64,000 nt of DNA, taken from assembly GCA_052426225.1 (NCBI GenBank), contig JBNJNM010000021.1, positions 2,480,001 to 2,544,000 of the forward strand, given 5' to 3'. A program made the translations under genes and the position numbers. Shown in pieces: positions 60,600 through 64,000 of the stretch (position 1 is the first letter of the stretch; each line of letters begins with the position of its first letter). Source of the stretch: Zancudomyces culisetae HAW-14-8. Taxonomy: Eukaryota > Fungi > Kickxellomycota. The notes below the pieces were generated by a model. It saw only the letters and a program-made list of their open reading frames with translations. It ran no database searches and was not told the origin of the DNA.

Positions 60600-63500
60600 A
60601 TGGATAACAGCTATCGTGAAACTTTGGAAAAAATGGAACCATTGCAATTAACAAATGGTGCGGCTACAAAACGGATAACTTCGAGAGAGGGATTGGATAA
60701 ACAGTTTAATTATGAGGAGAACAATAGTAACAGTATCAAAGTCAAGGTAGCTGTCAGAGTTAGACCAAGCCTGGCCTCACCAGGAGAGTACCAGGCTGGT
60801 GATAGTTTCATTCCAGGTAGTGAAGCTTTGGAACTAGACAGAGAAGCAGGGGAAGTTCGCATGTTAGGAAGCAATGGAGTTGTAGCGGGAGTTCCACGGC
60901 TATTCAAATACGATCATGTGTTTGGTCCAGAGAGCACCCAGGAGGAGGTCTATAGCAACACTGTGGAGGATTTGGTAGGCAAATATATGGATGGGTTTAA
61001 TGTGACTGTGCTTGCGTATGGGCAGACTTCTTCAGGAAAAACATATACAATGGGGACACATGGTGAGTCGGGAGAAAAGGGAATAGTGGGATTTGCACTT
61101 GAACAGCTATTCAATAGAGTAAGCGAAGAAAACGAAAAAGAAAATGGGCAGACTATAAGGCGGGAGTTTAGGGCATCTTATCTCGAATTACACAATGAGG
61201 AGCTGAATGATTTGATAGCGGGCAGAAATGGTGGGTACAAGCCGCCGATTGCGATCAGAGAGGATACAAATGGGAAAATTATATGGAGTGGGGCTGTTGA
61301 GTATACGATTACTAGTGCAGACCAGGCGTTGATGTTGCTACAAGAGGGATCGATTGTAAGACACACAGGAGAGACCAAAATGAACAAAACATCGTCGAGA
61401 TCACATGCGATTTTCCTGATAACGCAAATCCAGACAAAAGTTGTCGACGGTGTAGAGATGAGGTCGTTATCGAAGCTAAACTTTGTCGATTTGGCAGGTT
61501 CTGAGAGGTTGAAAAAGACAATGGCAAGCGGAGAGAGAGCAAAAGAGGGTATATCCATTAATACGGGGTTGCTTGTACTAGGAAAGGTCATTTCTGCGTT
61601 GAGTCTAGCTAGTGAGAAAAGTTTTACTCAAAGTGGAGGAAGTCTTCATATACCGTACAGAGACAGCAAGTTGACTCGACTTCTTCAGGATTCTTTGGGA
61701 GGAACAGCGTATACAGTGATGATAGCATGTGTGTCAGGTTCATTGAGCGATGTTGGAGAGACAATAAATACGTTAAAGTATGCTTCAAGAGCCAGGGAGA
61801 TCAAGAACATGAGTATAGCTAGTTGGCAATCAGTGGACAAGGGGTTGCAGGCACAGATAATTTTGTTGAAACGAGAGGTGCTCCGGTTGCAACAAGAGCT
61901 AGAAAGGGCAGGTGTAGAGGGCAATCTCTTGGGAAATAACTCTAGTATGGAGAGTTTGAAAGGCTCAAAGTATGAAGAGGAGAACCTTCTCTTGATTAAA
62001 CAGTATGAGACCAATCAGGAGCGGCTAGAAATGATTATCGAAGAGTTGGAGTCTGAAAATTACACCACCAAGAAAGCGTATAGTGAGCTGCTGGGCGAAT
62101 TTGATGACGTTTGTTCACAACTACAAGATATGCACAACCGTCGAACCGCATCTGGGTCGTTTGTACGAGATGAAAGTACCGCAAACAGGTTGAACAGGGC
62201 AGCTAGCAATGAGCTTTTGAATTCCAGCTTACCAATTAACCAGATGTTTTCAGATGTTGAATATGACAACAACGGTTTGGAAGCTTCCATTTCCAATAAA
62301 CAAAAAAGATTGAGTGGCGGAAACCTCGAGGTTGGAAATAGAAACTCTGGCTATTTTGAATCAACTTTTTCGAGTCTGCGTTCGTTGGGTGCCAAATCTC
62401 TGCTAAATAGGAGGCTGTCATTAAACCAGAATGGACGTGTTAATGGTGACACCGGGTTGGTTAACGAGAACGGAGCTTCTTTAGATGGTCTAGATAGAGG
62501 TGACGATAACCACGAAAGCGACAATGAATGCGATTTTGAAGCTGGAGGTCTCAAGTCAGTAGTGGCGGAGTACGAGCAGCTTATAAAAGAACTCGAACAG
62601 GAGCTGACCAAGAAGAACGAGGAGCTTCAATCAAAGGATTTGATGCTTTCAGTCAAAAACACGACGGCTTCGTATTCAGCTTCACTAGCGAACTCACAAA
62701 AAGAGCAGCTGAGTGTTTTGAAAGAACAGGTTGAACATTTTATGCAGAAGGCCAAACTTGAAGAGGAGAAGCGTATCACATTAGAAACTGAACTTAAAGT
62801 GATGGCAGAGGCTAAAGAGGCTTCTGCTAAAAGCGTAGAACTTCGGTCTATTCAGGTTTCTGATGACATAAAGAAAGAAACAGAAAGACTTGTTTCTGAG
62901 AAAGAGGCGGCTATTCAAAAAGTAGTTGCCGATTTTACCATGCAGTTGGAGGATAAAGACCAAAGCCACACTAAAACATTGGCAGAGGTCAAGGAAAAAT
63001 TAGTGCACGACGTTCAGGAACTTCAAACATCAAACGAAAAAGTAATCAGCGAGATGGCTAACGAGTATCAACAAAGAATCGACGTATTGGAGGAGGAGCT
63101 GCAAGATTCACTAGAAAAGATTAAGGACCTAGAGATGGAAGTTTGTAAGCTTGAGGATACGGGCAAACAGCAACAGGTGGAGCTTGATGAATACTCTGAT
63201 TTGCTTACTCTAAAGGTAGATGAGCTCACTAAAACACGACGAGAATTGGAACAAAGGACTGCCGAATTAAGCGCCAAGGTTGAAATTCTAAAAGACATTG
63301 AAAAAAGGTCGGTGATTCTTGAAGAGTCGTTGACAAATAAAATGGTTTATATAGAAGAACTTGAGCGAGAATTGAAAGAAAAGGGCGACCAGTTTACGAG
63401 GTCTACAGGTTCGCTTGAACAAACCGAACAAAACTATAGCAAGCTTCTTTCAGAACTTGCAGATAAAAATGCACAGCTCAGCTATATGGAATCACAAATA

Positions 63501-64000
63501 GCTATTTCCGAGAATTTTGCCAGTAGCCGAGGAAAACTTGTTGATGAAACAACAGAAAGTTTGAAAAACTTGGTTCAGATGTTTGAAAGACCAGTCAATC
63601 AGGGTGAACTTGCTGCTATCGGTAATTCTGGCACGACAGAATCGCGTGACATCACAAACATTGTGAACGGAAGTGGAGATGGAGATGGATATGGATATGG
63701 ATATGTGGCGAATAACTCGATTGAACATTTGAAACTCCGGGCAAGCAATGTCAGTCAATTGGCCTCCAGTCCCGTTCAGAATTCATTTGATAGCCACACA
63801 CAGAACCTCAAGGACCTCGTTGAATCGTTGGTGTTGAGGATTAACCATAATGAAAAAGTTAAACGTGAGTTGTTAGTCGTGAATGAAAACCTGTTATCTG
63901 CAGTTGAAGAACTAGAGGCGCAGGTTACAGGCCCCAAACTTCTTGATGCTATCCAAGAAAAGAAGGAGATGGAGGTTCAAACCGAAATAGAAGCTGTTGA
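60600..64000 (+). CDS. Kinesin-4 family (KIF4/KIF21/KIF27-like) motor with a long coiled coil; runs off the window end and is absent from the ORF track
   Basis: VKVAVRVRP, AYGQTSSGKTYTMG, MNKTSSRSHAIF, FVDLAGSERLKKT.A.GERAKEGISIN, HIPYRDSKLTRLLQDSLGG; frame still open at 64000. Confidence 0.93.
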   Translation, partial: MDNSYRETLEKMEPLQLTNGAATKRITSREGLDKQFNYEENNSNSIKVKVAVRVRPSLASPGEYQAGDSFIPGSEALELDREAGEVRMLGSNGVVAGVPRLFKYDHVFGPESTQEEVYSNTVEDLVGKYMDGFNVTVLAYGQTSSGKTYTMGTHGESGEKGIVGFALEQLFNRVSEENEKENGQTIRREFRASYLELHNEELNDLIAGRNGGYKPPIAIREDTNGKIIWSGAVEYTITSADQALMLLQEGSIVRHTGETKMNKTSSRSHAIFLITQIQTKVVDGVEMRSLSKLNFVDLAGSERLKKTMASGERAKEGISINTGLLVLGKVISALSLASEKSFTQSGGSLHIPYRDSKLTRLLQDSLGGTAYTVMIACVSGSLSDVGETINTLKYASRAREIKNMSIASWQSVDKGLQAQIILLKREVLRLQQELERAGVEGNLLGNNSSMESLKGSKYEEENLLLIKQYETNQERLEMIIEELESENYTTKKAYSELLGEFDDVCSQLQDMHNRRTASGSFVRDESTANRLNRAASNELLNSSLPINQMFSDVEYDNNGLEASISNKQKRLSGGNLEVGNRNSGYFESTFSSLRSLGAKSLLNRRLSLNQNGRVNGDTGLVNENGASLDGLDRGDDNHESDNECDFEAGGLKSVVAEYEQLIKELEQELTKKNEELQSKDLMLSVKNTTASYSASLANSQKEQLSVLKEQVEHFMQKAKLEEEKRITLETELKVMAEAKEASAKSVELRSIQVSDDIKKETERLVSEKEAAIQKVVADFTMQLEDKDQSHTKTLAEVKEKLVHDVQELQTSNEKVISEMANEYQQRIDVLEEELQDSLEKIKDLEMEVCKLEDTGKQQQVELDEYSDLLTLKVDELTKTRRELEQRTAELSAKVEILKDIEKRSVILEESLTNKMVYIEELERELKEKGDQFTRSTGSLEQTEQNYSKLLSELADKNAQLSYMESQIAISENFASSRGKLVDETTESLKNLVQMFERPVNQGELAAIGNSGTTESRDITNIVNGSGDGDGYGYGYVANNSIEHLKLRASNVSQLASSPVQNSFDSHTQNLKDLVESLVLRINHNEKVKRELLVVNENLLSAVEELEAQVTGPKLLDAIQEKKEMEVQTEIEAV

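Noticed and set aside
63669-63705. GSGDGDGYGYGY in the kinesin stalk, resembling phage Gly-rich repeats
   Set aside because: Simple GGA(G/T)AT hexamer slippage; too short to imply transfer.
1-64000. CRISPR arrays, rRNA, tRNA or intact transposons
   Set aside because: No spaced direct repeats, no rRNA or tRNA consensus, and no transposase/RT/integrase motifs were seen.

Overview
AT-rich, intron-containing fungal DNA. The gene content (FANCL, TMEM62, kinesin-4, Tudor-SN, Cys-rich secreted proteins) and short GT-AG introns suggest an early-diverging fungus, most plausibly Zoopagomycota/Harpellales (insect-gut fungi); this taxonomy is inference. About 19 protein genes are supported: RPN5 (3' part), a secreted Cys-repeat/PQ-repeat protein, TMEM62-like metallophosphoesterase, DHA2 MFS transporter, Yap-like bZIP, FANCL-like E3, POL12, CSC1/OSCA channel, ZIP9-like transporter, RHO1, QNS1, truncated SEC15, VMA4, Tudor-SN, an acidic orphan, a trypsin-fold protein and a kinesin-4 (5' part). 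Three small spliced genes missing or incomplete in the ORF track were rebuilt by hand: a C2H2 finger protein, an AIM19-like protein and a protein ending in a NEMO/optineurin-type CCHC finger. The most notable observations are an intact NAD synthetase whose glutaminase nucleophile is Cys->Gly, a secreted trypsin with all three catalytic residues replaced on a mucin-like stalk, a SEC15 lacking its C-terminal half, stop-codon overlap between Tudor-SN and its convergent neighbour, and an oscillating G/C strand skew that ignores gene orientation. No tRNA, rRNA, CRISPR or intact transposon was found.
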